Shown: positions 37,718 to 47,591 of the stretch, in pieces
How the letters are laid out: every line of letters starts with the position of its first letter
Position numbering within the stretch: position 1 is the first letter of the stretch
Origin: an uncultured candidate division Zixibacteria bacterium
Lineage (GTDB): Bacteria > Zixibacteria > MSB-5A5 > UBA10806 > 4484-95
Length of the DNA: 64,000 bases
Direction: 5' to 3'
Assembly (NCBI GenBank): GCA_963668625.2
Contig: CAXXKA010000008.1
Span: 544,001-608,000, forward strand
Made by a program: the position numbers and the translations under genes
The notes under the pieces: generated by a model
Seen by the model: the letters and a program-made list of their open reading frames with translations, nothing else
Database searches by the model: none
What the model was told of the DNA's origin: nothing

Positions 37718-38590
37718 ATGCGCACTCTTCAGGTGATAACTGCAATTCGCGTGATCGAGAAAATCTACGATAATGAAACCAAAGATGCTATATTCGGTGG
37801 CGGTCTTATCTCGGCTGCTCAAAGCAACGAATCGGATTTCCTTCAACGCTTTATTACCGCTACTCATGAGTTGGCTCGCGCCTCGGCAGTGCTGCAGCAA
37901 AACTCCGATGTTATAAAGGTTCTCAAGGCATTCGATCTCGAGCCTCTTATCGACAGGGATTTTATAACAAACCTGGCGCTTTCGGCCTCGCAGGGTACCG
38001 GCAGCGATAAGCTCATATCACTTCTGCAGATGGTGGTCGATCCGTGGCGGGCCATGACCGGCTGTACCAGCGCCCTTGATAGCTTGACGATCCCGGATGA
38101 TTTACGTCGCGCCCAGGCCGAAAAAAATGTCATTTCGATAGAACTTCACTATAAAGAATACCACTACCCGACTTTAACCGAGACGATTAAAGTAGTGGAT
38201 TTGCTCAACCAGTTGTACCAGGTGGTCGCCGCTATCTATGGCAAGGCCAACCAGGCTGATTTGACATTGGTGAAAATCGATAGCGGTTCCTCGATACGTT
38301 TCGATTGCAAGGGTATCAAAGAGCTGATTCAGCCGATAAAGGCGTTTATGATCGAGGCCTGGAATGAGCTTCGCCATAAAGGTATAGATAAACTTCTGGG
38401 GGATAACAAGGCCATGCTCTCCAGCTTACCGATAATGGATCAGCTTGCCAAGCGCGAGCAGGATAAATCCATCGATATAGAGAAAGCGGAGCAATTGCGC
38501 AGGAAAATACTCGGTACTACACTCGGTTTATTCGCCCAGGGAGCCAGGATGTCTAACACCGCACCCTGTCGACCTCAAAATCCGGTATAG
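37718..38590 (+). CDS. Hypothetical protein
   Basis: 290-aa ORF with GGAGG RBS; C-terminus looks atypical, possibly truncated. Confidence 0.6.
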   Translation: MRTLQVITAIRVIEKIYDNETKDAIFGGGLISAAQSNESDFLQRFITATHELARASAVLQQNSDVIKVLKAFDLEPLIDRDFITNLALSASQGTGSDKLISLLQMVVDPWRAMTGCTSALDSLTIPDDLRRAQAEKNVISIELHYKEYHYPTLTETIKVVDLLNQLYQVVAAIYGKANQADLTLVKIDSGSSIRFDCKGIKELIQPIKAFMIEAWNELRHKGIDKLLGDNKAMLSSLPIMDQLAKREQDKSIDIEKAEQLRRKILGTTLGLFAQGARMSNTAPCRPQNPV

Positions 38591-38884
38591 TACTATATCG
38601 AACTACCCCTTGCGGGTGATTTTTAGAGATGGCAATATAGCCGCTAACACAATATATCACAAGCAAATAGAGGCATATCCAGGATTTAAAAAAATCCGAG
38701 ATCGATAAAATCATTTTTATCAATGATACGTATAATTCCCATATCAAGACAGAATCGAGCAATGGTGGCTATCTGTTTTTAAAAGTATTGCAATTTTAGA
38801 TATCTCAGGAAAGACCGATAAAACCATTGACCATAAGTATAATACTATTATCTTGTACTTATGAATTTATCGTAAACGGAGGTT

Positions 38885-39754
38885 GTGATGAGACAAACTA
38901 AATTAACTATTGTTGCACTGTTGGTATTACTGGTTTCCGTGTCGTCCTACGGCTCATATAAATCCGAGGAGATTAGCGCCGCCAAGAAAGCTTACGATCT
39001 TGGCAAGTACGATGAATGTGCCGAGCACTACAAAGCGGCGATTAAGATCGATTCTGATTCCGGGGAGTTGTATTATAAATATGCTGCCTGCCTGGCTTTG
39101 CAAGGCAATTTGGATGGGGCATTTGAAAACCTGGAGAAAGCCCTGGAAAACGGTTTTATCGCTATTGACGATTTGAAGAAAAATAACGATTTTGCGTTTC
39201 TTGCCGGTGACAAACGCTGGCTGGTTATAGTCAGCAAAGGCGAAAAGTACCTGAAAAAATATCTCGATTCGGTAAATATCTGGGTCTACCAGATGTTCGA
39301 ATCGGACAGGCTCGACCGGAAAAATTTCGGCAGGAAAGATGACTGGTCGCTGGTTGCCAAGAAAGATAGTATGCGTCGCGAAAGAATCAAAGGTATCATG
39401 GCTAAAAGCGAGTTGAAGGTATCCGACGATTACTATCACGCCGCCATGATAATGCATCACGGAACGGACTCCACCGATTATAGAATAGCCAACGAACTGG
39501 CCGCCAAAGCTGTCGAGTTGGATTCCAAGAACGAAAAAGCCAGATGGTTATTCGCGGCCTCAAAAGACCGTCACCTGCTGGCAACGGGTAAACCGCAGAT
39601 TTACGGTACGCAGTACAATTATGTAAACGGCAGGTATACGTTGGACCCATTCGATCGAAAAGCGATCAGCGATAAGCAGCGTAAAAAATGGGGAGTACCG
39701 TCCCTGGATGAGACGCAGAAAAAGATAGCCCGACTAAACGGCATAAAAAAATAA
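38885..39754 (+). CDS. Secreted TPR protein with DUF6624-like C-terminal domain
   Basis: Signal peptide, TPR helices, DR.L...GKPQIYGTQY...R.KWGV.SL. Confidence 0.7.
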   Translation: MMRQTKLTIVALLVLLVSVSSYGSYKSEEISAAKKAYDLGKYDECAEHYKAAIKIDSDSGELYYKYAACLALQGNLDGAFENLEKALENGFIAIDDLKKNNDFAFLAGDKRWLVIVSKGEKYLKKYLDSVNIWVYQMFESDRLDRKNFGRKDDWSLVAKKDSMRRERIKGIMAKSELKVSDDYYHAAMIMHHGTDSTDYRIANELAAKAVELDSKNEKARWLFAASKDRHLLATGKPQIYGTQYNYVNGRYTLDPFDRKAISDKQRKKWGVPSLDETQKKIARLNGIKK

Positions 39755-39779
39755 AACTCTACTGCCCCGAGGAGGGGAA

Positions 39780-40229
39780 ATGAAATCAATTATACTTTTG
39801 TTGCTTGCTCCTTTGCTATTTGCTTTTGCATGTAGTAAAACCAAGGTCGATATCGAGCAGGAAAAGGCCGATTTGCTCGATACCGATAGAGCTTTTGCCG
39901 CCGCCTCCATCGAAAAAGGCGCGGCCGAGGCATTCAGGATGTATTTAACCGAGGACGCTCTTCAGTTGCCACAGGGGGGCGCGCCGCTTATGGGCCGGGA
40001 GTCTATCTACCAGAATATGGCTAAATCTACATTGGATTATACACTGGCCTGGACACCGCAACAAGCCGAGGTTGCCCGGGCCGGAGATATGGGCTGGTCC
40101 TGGGGATTGTATAAAATGAACTGGGTAGATAAAGACGGTGAGCCCAAAGAGAGTAACGGCAAGTATCTGAATATCTGGCGCAAGATGGATGACGGCAGCT
40201 GGCGCGTTGTTGTTGATATGGGGAATTGA
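39780..40229 (+). CDS. SnoaL/DUF4440-like lipoprotein
   Basis: Lipobox AFAC; GDMGWSWG, GKYLNIWRKMDDGSWRVVVD. Confidence 0.8.
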   Translation: MKSIILLLLAPLLFAFACSKTKVDIEQEKADLLDTDRAFAAASIEKGAAEAFRMYLTEDALQLPQGGAPLMGRESIYQNMAKSTLDYTLAWTPQQAEVARAGDMGWSWGLYKMNWVDKDGEPKESNGKYLNIWRKMDDGSWRVVVDMGN

Positions 40230-40248
40230 TATCTAATCGATTAACCAA

Positions 40249-41247
40249 TCACTCGCTTTTTGTTTCGCGTAAATACCTGGCCGCCGATTCGGGAGCTACC
40301 GTGTTTATATAAATGCCGGTACCTATCTCGAATCCCGCCGCGGTCGATACCTTGGGAATTATCACCATATACCAGTGAAAATACCGGGTGTTCTCATCCC
40401 CTATCGGCGAGGAACGAATTACGAAATTGTAATCCGGATTATCCAGGCAGACATATATTTTATTCAGTGTGTTCCTGAGCATCCAGGCCATCTCCTCGAT
40501 CTCCTCATCATCTATAAGCATAAAGCTTGCCTGGTGATGTTTTGGATAGATTCTGGTCTCGAATGGAGTTCTTGAGGCAAACGGACAGAAAGCGATAAAA
40601 TTATCGGAGTCGAACACGACGCGCTCTTTTTGCCTTAGTTCCTCACGAAGTATATCGCAGTAAACACACGAACCATACTTATCATAATGTGCCACTGCCT
40701 GCTCTATGGGGTACCTGACATGCGGGGGCACGATAGGCGTGGCAATTATCTGGGAATGAGGGTGCTCCAGAGATGTTCCAGCCAGGGGGCCGTGATTTCT
40801 GAATATAGTAACGAGATTTATGTTCTCGTTCTTGCTGATTGCCAGCTGCCTTTCCCGATAAGCCTTGAGAACATCCGCGACCTCTGTTAAACCCATAGTG
40901 GCCAGAGTTTGATTGTGTTGAGGAGATTCGATTACCACCTCGGCTATACCGAATCCTTTTGCGGCTAAAAAATCACCGACCCGGGTACGGGTGGTTGCCA
41001 GATCATCCTGTAAAGCAGCGAATTTATTCGGTACCACTCTTACCCGCCAACTCTCGCTATTTCCATGTTCCAGTAAAGACTCTGGCGTGTTAGCCTCATT
41101 CCCCGGACAAAACGGGCAATCATCCTTATGCTCGGGGGGCAATTTTCGTTTGGATTTCTTTTTGGCGAAATCGTTCGGCCTACGGCCTCGTTCAGTTGCG
41201 ACTACGACCCATTCTTTGGTGGCCTTGTTCTGGCGAAACTCAGGAAT
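40249..41247 (-). CDS. galT: Galactose-1-phosphate uridylyltransferase
   Basis: CPFCPGNE, VVPNKF, AGTSLEHPHSQ; frame extends upstream to (I)PEFRQN...EWVVVATERGRRP, with ATT at 41247 six nt after AAGGAG. Confidence 0.88.
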   Translation of the reverse strand: MPEFRQNKATKEWVVVATERGRRPNDFAKKKSKRKLPPEHKDDCPFCPGNEANTPESLLEHGNSESWRVRVVPNKFAALQDDLATTRTRVGDFLAAKGFGIAEVVIESPQHNQTLATMGLTEVADVLKAYRERQLAISKNENINLVTIFRNHGPLAGTSLEHPHSQIIATPIVPPHVRYPIEQAVAHYDKYGSCVYCDILREELRQKERVVFDSDNFIAFCPFASRTPFETRIYPKHHQASFMLIDDEEIEEMAWMLRNTLNKIYVCLDNPDYNFVIRSSPIGDENTRYFHWYMVIIPKVSTAAGFEIGTGIYINTVAPESAARYLRETKSE

Positions 41248-41374
41248 AATAATCTCCTTATTTTAAAAATTAAGTATTCGAATTTTATGCTAATACACGT
41301 CTGATTTCAATAAATAAAACGAATTAGAGGAAATTAAAATTGAAAATACCCATAAAGATAAATATAATATCGAT

Positions 41375-42961
41375 ATGCGATTAAATCTCGACCATCATTA
41401 TTGCTTTGCGCGGGAACCGGTTATGGCCGGCAATATCGTGGCGACCTCTCAACCTCTGGCAGCCCGCGCCGGTTTGCGAACGATAGAAAACGGCGGCAAC
41501 GCTGTTGATGCAGCTATTGCTACAGCGATTACCCTGACAGTGGTTGAGCCGGTGAATAACGGTATTGGCGGGGACGCGTTCGCTATTATCCATGCTGATG
41601 GTAAGCTATATGGCATTAACGGCTCAGGCAAATCACCCGAGTCGTGGAGTTATGAATATTTCAAATCGAAATATAAGACAATGCCTCAACTGGGATGGGA
41701 TGGCGTTACCATACCCGGAGCGGTATCGGTATGGCGAGAAATTCATGATAGATTCGGTAAACTGCCGTTTGTCGACCTGTTCGAGCCGGCTATCGTTTAT
41801 GCCGAAAGAGGATTTCCGGTATCTCCTAAAACTGCATATCTCTGGGAGCTAGCGGAAAAACTATATGCCGGTTATGAGAATTTCGGAACCGCATTTCTCC
41901 TCAAGGGCCGAGCCCCGCGGGTTGGTGAAACATTCAGATGTGTTGATATGGCACGCACACTGAGAGAGATTGCCGAAACCGGTGGTGAGTCTTTCTATAG
42001 AGGCAGACTGGCCGATTTGATAGCATCTACCTCGAAAAAGCAGGGCGGGATGATAAAATCAAAGGATTTATCCTCGCATAAGCCATTCTGGGTCGAGCCT
42101 ATCGCACAAAGCTATCGTGGATATGATTTATGGGAGATCCCACCTAATGGACAGGGCATTGCTGCGCAGATAGCGCTTGGTATCCTGAATAATCTCAACC
42201 TGGCAGAGCACGCTGTCGATTCGGCAGATAGCATCCATATTCAAGCCGAGGCTATGAAATTGGCTTTCGCGGATATAGTGGAGCATCTGGCAGACCCAGA
42301 ATTTATGAGTGTGACCTCGGAGATTCTTCTGGATAGTAACTATCACAAAGAGCGAGCTAAACTTATCGATATGAAATCGGCCTCGATACCGGCTACCGGT
42401 CTGCCTCGGGATCGGGGCACCGTTTACCTCTCCACCGCCGATAGCTCGGGTATGATGGTATCCTTCATTCAGTCGAATTTCCACGGGTTCGGCTCCGGTG
42501 TGGTTATTCCCGGTACCGGTATAGCTATGCAGAATCGCGGTTTTGGTTTCAACCTGATCGAGGGTCATCCTAATTGTGTCGATGGCGGCAAACGGCCGTA
42601 TCATACTATTATCCCGGCGTTCGTTACTCGGGATAGTATGCCGGTCATGTCTTTCGGGGTGATGGGCGGGCATATGCAGCCACAGGGTCAGGTTCAGGTG
42701 ATGGCCCGAATGTTCGATTATGGACAGAATCCGCAGGCTGCTATTGATGCGCCTCGATGGTTGATCACCGAACAGGGCAAATTGGCTGTAGAGCCGGGTC
42801 TCGAGCCGGAGGTAGTCGATGAGCTTGGATCACGCGGTCATGATATCATAGTCGATTTGCCCGAACGATATTTCGGCGGGGCGCAGATGATTTACAAGCT
42901 GGAGGATTGTTACCTCGGCGCCTCGGATTGCCGCAAGGACGGTTTGGCGATGGGTTTCTAG
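41375..42961 (+). CDS. ggt: Gamma-glutamyltransferase family protein (YwrD-like)
   Basis: GGNAVDAAIA, GIGGDAF, GTVYLS nucleophile Thr, KRPYHTIIP, GVMGG. Confidence 0.9.
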   Translation: MRLNLDHHYCFAREPVMAGNIVATSQPLAARAGLRTIENGGNAVDAAIATAITLTVVEPVNNGIGGDAFAIIHADGKLYGINGSGKSPESWSYEYFKSKYKTMPQLGWDGVTIPGAVSVWREIHDRFGKLPFVDLFEPAIVYAERGFPVSPKTAYLWELAEKLYAGYENFGTAFLLKGRAPRVGETFRCVDMARTLREIAETGGESFYRGRLADLIASTSKKQGGMIKSKDLSSHKPFWVEPIAQSYRGYDLWEIPPNGQGIAAQIALGILNNLNLAEHAVDSADSIHIQAEAMKLAFADIVEHLADPEFMSVTSEILLDSNYHKERAKLIDMKSASIPATGLPRDRGTVYLSTADSSGMMVSFIQSNFHGFGSGVVIPGTGIAMQNRGFGFNLIEGHPNCVDGGKRPYHTIIPAFVTRDSMPVMSFGVMGGHMQPQGQVQVMARMFDYGQNPQAAIDAPRWLITEQGKLAVEPGLEPEVVDELGSRGHDIIVDLPERYFGGAQMIYKLEDCYLGASDCRKDGLAMGF

Positions 42962-43044
42962 TATCGCCTCCGGAGCCGGGAAGTAGTAACTTGATTCATA
43001 GAAACGATTACAAGTACATTTAATCAATATCAAGGAGGTTTACG

Positions 43045-44070
43045 ATGGCGATGGACATTTCCAAGAAACGGATAATCATGATTCATGGGCTGGCCTCTAA
43101 GCCGCCGGAGAAGGATTTCTACGAGCAATGGAAACGATGTGTTATCGAGAATATCAAAGTCATTGACGATAAGTATCTCAAATCCCCGGTTGCCAAAGAG
43201 CTGGCCGGTCGGTTGGAGCAGAATCCGGAGACTTTCGTTTCGGCATATTGGGCTAACGCCACGCCTCATCACATTGAGGATGATACGACTTACGTGAAAA
43301 AGCTGAAAGTACAGATAGATGAAGTAATCAAAGAGCGTAAACGTATTAAAGACAAATTCCATGTTGGCACGAAAGAAAAAGTCGGTTCGTTTTTCAAAAG
43401 CCGAGGTCTTGATTTGGCGAATATCCTGACCAGCGCCCTGACTATCAAGGATGATGTCATGGAAAGGTTCCTTCGCGAGACCGAGCTTTACAATAGGGAT
43501 CAGTACATAGCGGATCGTATGCGCGGGCCGCTCGAAGCCGCCCTCAGAAATGCCTGGAAAGACAACTGTGATGTGGCGATACTTTCGCACAGTATGGGAA
43601 CCTTTATCGCTTATGATGTTCTCTGGAGATTTTCACATCGCACGATAGAGGCGTTCAAGAAATTCCACAACAAACGAGTACAGTTGTTCGTCACGATGGG
43701 GTCCCCGCTGGGCGATTCGGCAATCAGGGGGATGCTCTTTAGCCGTCACCATAAAAAAGGCGGTAAACGTCAGTTCCCAACCAATATTGATTTCTGGCAT
43801 AACTACTCCTGCCTCGGCGATGTCGTGGCTCATCATAATAATTTTAGTGATGAGTATTACGAGCCGATGAGGAAGCTCAACATATTCCCGGACAAACCGA
43901 AATTCAGAGCGATCGACTATACCAACCTTCATAATCCATTCGAGGTTGTCAGTCATTCGGGTAATAAGGAAAAGGAGAAGCGCAACCCGCATAAATCGTA
44001 TGGCTACCTGGTGCAGCCGAGGTTGGGAAGCTGGCTGGCGGATTTTCTTCTGGGACGGCTGAGACACTAG
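43045..44070 (+). CDS. Alpha/beta-hydrolase-fold protein
   Basis: IHG, SHSMG nucleophile elbow, TMGSPLG, GDVV, NPHKSYGY. Confidence 0.7.
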   Translation: MAMDISKKRIIMIHGLASKPPEKDFYEQWKRCVIENIKVIDDKYLKSPVAKELAGRLEQNPETFVSAYWANATPHHIEDDTTYVKKLKVQIDEVIKERKRIKDKFHVGTKEKVGSFFKSRGLDLANILTSALTIKDDVMERFLRETELYNRDQYIADRMRGPLEAALRNAWKDNCDVAILSHSMGTFIAYDVLWRFSHRTIEAFKKFHNKRVQLFVTMGSPLGDSAIRGMLFSRHHKKGGKRQFPTNIDFWHNYSCLGDVVAHHNNFSDEYYEPMRKLNIFPDKPKFRAIDYTNLHNPFEVVSHSGNKEKEKRNPHKSYGYLVQPRLGSWLADFLLGRLRH

Positions 44071-44348
44071 AGTTCATTTAAATTCGGGTGAAAATAAACG
44101 AATTTTCCAGGATAGCCCGGTCCATCGGTCCCGCGCCGGCCGAAAGACTCAGTTATAAAGTAATAAAAATAGCGCTGAAATTTTCACCGATTCCGATCAG
44201 GAGATGCAACTTAGTTGATCGAGGTCACTAAATCTCGATGATACGCTTTATTAGGGAATCTGTTCTAATTAGCAATAGAACAGAATTGAAAAACAATGGT
44301 GTAATGAAATTGCGTTTTGTTGCGCGAGATATCGAATATTAATATGAT

Positions 44349-45269
44349 TTAAAATCTGAATGAATATCTAATTCCCGGAGCGTTGCCAACCGAACCGACA
44401 GTGACATCCGACATCAAACCATCATGTCTTTTCAATATGGCGTGCGAGCTGAACCATCCCAGCAGCGCCGCGATATAAACATCCGAGGGCCAATGCGCGC
44501 CATCCGCTATACGTTGAAGGCATATAGAACCGGCTACGGTATAGGCGGCAACCGAAAGCGGTAGAAATTTTACACGATAGCTGATAACATCCGCAAACTG
44601 CATAACTACCGCGCTATGCCCAGATGGAAACGAGGAACCATCATTGAGCTTGAAAAAGTATGGGCCGTCATCCTGGTATGGCCTGTGACGACCACCACCG
44701 TAATTCATCACGTTTTTAGCCGCGCCCTCGATGAAATGGCCTTCGAGTATCTCAGCCGGGATTACGACCAGAGGCTCGTATTTCAAAAGGTACCCCAGCG
44801 CGATAGAGCCGAAATAAAACTTATTGGTAAAACCCATAAATCCCAGACGTTCCGTGTTCTCCCCCAGATCGAGAACCGGTTTTAATAGCTTATGATCTTT
44901 GTTTCGTATGACAGCATCGTATATTTCCTGATCGTAAGCGAAAATCACTCCGCCTACGGCGGTTATCCCAAGCAGCCAAAGGGCGCTTTTTTTGTTGATA
45001 CGGGCCGGCGAGGAGTAGACGTGTTTGAAATCATCGATGAAAATCTTACCGGCGTTATAGGTATCGCGAAATACGCTGCGGCTGCTTACCCAACTTCGTG
45101 ATTCGGATCGATCCTCCTCCTCGGGCATTGGACCTCCGGGTAATGGATTTAGTGCGAGGGTTGGTTCGCTTGAGTTACTATTATGTCTCAGAAGGAAATC
45201 AGCTTGCTGGGCGGCGGCCGTAGAACATAATGCTAAAACGAATACAGCTATCAGAATTTTAATTGTCAT
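44349..45269 (-). CDS. PAP2-family phosphatase
   Basis: K...GRHRP, SFPSGH, QRIADGAHWPSDV. Confidence 0.88.
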   Translation of the reverse strand: MTIKILIAVFVLALCSTAAAQQADFLLRHNSNSSEPTLALNPLPGGPMPEEEDRSESRSWVSSRSVFRDTYNAGKIFIDDFKHVYSSPARINKKSALWLLGITAVGGVIFAYDQEIYDAVIRNKDHKLLKPVLDLGENTERLGFMGFTNKFYFGSIALGYLLKYEPLVVIPAEILEGHFIEGAAKNVMNYGGGRHRPYQDDGPYFFKLNDGSSFPSGHSAVVMQFADVISYRVKFLPLSVAAYTVAGSICLQRIADGAHWPSDVYIAALLGWFSSHAILKRHDGLMSDVTVGSVGNAPGIRYSFRF

Positions 45270-45283
45270 AGGAATGTTCTCGA

Positions 45284-45790
45284 TTAATCGTTGTTGGTTT
45301 TCTTCAACCCCTGCTTACCCGTAATACTCTCGATATCTAACTTGAGCACGTGCATTTTGTCGTATGTTTTATCATCCTTTAAAAAACGGGCTTTAGTTTC
45401 ATCCGGGTTTTCCTCCAGATGGTCTATCAATATATCTATCCCCTGTTTACTTTCCTCGAGTGTTTCGACGATACCGATATTGCCGCGCAGGACTATCGAG
45501 CGATAATAATGTTCGCAATCACCGTGACCGTAGCCCAGGTCCTCAATAACCGTTCCGCAAACAGCCGGGTTGCGCGAGATCATGTCGAGCTTATCTCCCT
45601 CTAGAGCACAATGAAAAAATAATGCCTTGGAGTTTTTATCATAACCGTAATTCATGGTGACTATATACGGTTGATTTTCGTAACAAAGCGCGAGTGTGAT
45701 ATACCGACCTTTTTTCAGTATCGCCTCATGCTCGGCCGGATCGGTCAGTTCTTTATCTTTACGCTTCACATGATACTTGGATTCGGTCAA
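45284..45790 (-). CDS. Pyridoxamine 5'-phosphate oxidase-like (NimA/flavin-binding) protein
   Basis: PYIVTMNYG, FFHCALEGDK, NPAVC, YRSIVLRG, ITGK. Confidence 0.85.
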   Translation of the reverse strand: MTESKYHVKRKDKELTDPAEHEAILKKGRYITLALCYENQPYIVTMNYGYDKNSKALFFHCALEGDKLDMISRNPAVCGTVIEDLGYGHGDCEHYYRSIVLRGNIGIVETLEESKQGIDILIDHLEENPDETKARFLKDDKTYDKMHVLKLDIESITGKQGLKKTNND

Positions 45791-47082
45791 GGTAAGTATT
45801 CCAGTATTTGAACGCCGTTCGAACCATCCGCTACATAAATATAATCATTAGTTACGAATAAATCGCGCGCCTGACCGGGTGAGTTATATGAGGCAACCAG
45901 GTTAGGCGGGATTGCATCATCAAGCATGTATATACCCGATGAGGACGAGGCCAGGTACGAGTATCCGCCGTAATGCCAGATATCGTAAGAGTAGCCGGTA
46001 AGGTTTTTGGAGGCAACTAATGTCGGGTTAGCGGGGTCGGTGATATCTATCAGCTTGTAGCCATGAGAGCCATTAGCGATATGAACGAACAGGGAACCAT
46101 CAACCTCCTCGGCAAAAACAGCCTCAACTATGCCGGGCGGATTGTAATTGCCCACTACTACCGGTTGCTCTTTGTTCGAGATATCAACGATATATACACC
46201 GAAACTGAGACATCCCAGTACGATGTAATTCTGCACCTTATCGATTGACTCGCTTAAAACCGACTGAATATGAAGGCTGCCGACCGTATCGGGATCCAGC
46301 GGGTTATGGACATTCACGATCTGCAGGTCGGCGGTATCGCAAACGACGTATACCCAGTCGGAATCGACTACCGCCGCGTGCGGTTCAGGCGGCAACGGGA
46401 CATATCCATCAGTCCGGGGTATAAATGGATTACCGATATCGACTACTAATAGTGCGCTGTTCCGCGAATCGGGAAGGTACATATAAGTGCCATCAACCTG
46501 CACATCCTCGGTGTACATGTCGAGGAATTCATAATATGACATATAAAACGGAGTCGATTGGTTCGAGACATCGAATATCTCCACGCCGTAATTTCCCTCG
46601 GCGACATATAACTCATCCCTGATTTTGAATACGCCCCGGGCGTAATCGTGCGTTAAAATACTGCTGACTTTATATAATCCCGATGCTCGGACGGTGGAAA
46701 ACGATTGTACCTCCGATTCGGCCGTTTCTTCGAGGATATCAATGGCCCTTACTTTCCAGTAATAGGTAGTTTCGCGATCCAGCGAATCGGATATCGTATA
46801 GACCGTATCGGTTAAATCCTCCCGGTATAGCGATGGCGGATTGAGAGTATCGAGATATAGTTCGTAATGCAGGGAATCACCCTCGGGATCGGAGCATTGC
46901 CAGCTCAGGGAGATATTGATATCGACTTCGGTTGCGCCATCGGCCGGCGCCAGGTTGGAGGGTATATTCGGTGGATCGTTGGTGGCGCTCGTGGTCTCGT
47001 CCTCGCAAGCGCATATTAACAACAATAGTAATAATAAAATCGACGGAATAAATTTAAGTAAAGCGCGATGCATTCTCATCAT
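45787..47082 (-). CDS. Lipoprotein with FN3-like domain and LVIVD repeats
   Basis: Lipobox ICAC; TTYYWKVRA; repeated YVA.G..GV.I.DVS. Confidence 0.8.
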   Translation of the reverse strand: MMRMHRALLKFIPSILLLLLLLICACEDETTSATNDPPNIPSNLAPADGATEVDINISLSWQCSDPEGDSLHYELYLDTLNPPSLYREDLTDTVYTISDSLDRETTYYWKVRAIDILEETAESEVQSFSTVRASGLYKVSSILTHDYARGVFKIRDELYVAEGNYGVEIFDVSNQSTPFYMSYYEFLDMYTEDVQVDGTYMYLPDSRNSALLVVDIGNPFIPRTDGYVPLPPEPHAAVVDSDWVYVVCDTADLQIVNVHNPLDPDTVGSLHIQSVLSESIDKVQNYIVLGCLSFGVYIVDISNKEQPVVVGNYNPPGIVEAVFAEEVDGSLFVHIANGSHGYKLIDITDPANPTLVASKNLTGYSYDIWHYGGYSYLASSSSGIYMLDDAIPPNLVASYNSPGQARDLFVTNDYIYVADGSNGVQILEYLP

Positions 47083-47105
47083 ATAAGCTGAAAATTTAAC
47101 AATTG

Positions 47106-47591
47106 CTACAGTTTTTTATACATCCAACGAAGAAGCGTGCTGTAACCCATCTTCTCCCAGAATTGAACAGTGTTCTCGTTACCATTGGCAACCAGAAGTT
47201 CGATCTGTTCGATTTTCTTGCGTTTGAAAAAATCCAGGGCGTCATCCACCAGTAAACGGCCGAAACCTTTACGGCGATGTTCCTCCTGTACGAACAGGTC
47301 TCCGATCAGTCCGAACTTGCCGATTTTGAAAAAATACGGCTTCTTGGATATATAAGAGAAACTGTATCCGACAAGTTCTTTATCAAATTCGGCCACCGCC
47401 AGGCGGTAGTTAGGGTCATCGATACGGTTTTGCAGCTCGCGCGCGAACCGTCCCGTGATTTTGTCCTGCACTTCGAACGAATTATCGAACTGAGCGTTGT
47501 ATGCCATGAACTGCTGCCAGAGTTTGGATATCGCCAGGACATCCTCCGGCAGCGCCACTCGTATTATCACATCCGTTTTGTTTTTAGACAT
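47106..47591 (-). CDS. GNAT family N-acetyltransferase
   Basis: LFVQEEHRRKGFG, FWEKMGY; likely start MSKNK at 47591 overlapping the end of glnA. Confidence 0.85.
   Translation of the reverse strand: MSKNKTDVIIRVALPEDVLAISKLWQQFMAYNAQFDNSFEVQDKITGRFARELQNRIDDPNYRLAVAEFDKELVGYSFSYISKKPYFFKIGKFGLIGDLFVQEEHRRKGFGRLLVDDALDFFKRKKIEQIELLVANGNENTVQFWEKMGYSTLLRWMYKKL

Noticed and set aside
44075-44345. Possible riboswitch/ncRNA in the intergenic region
   Set aside because: Only isolated hairpins between convergent genes; no family motif I can recognise without an Rfam search
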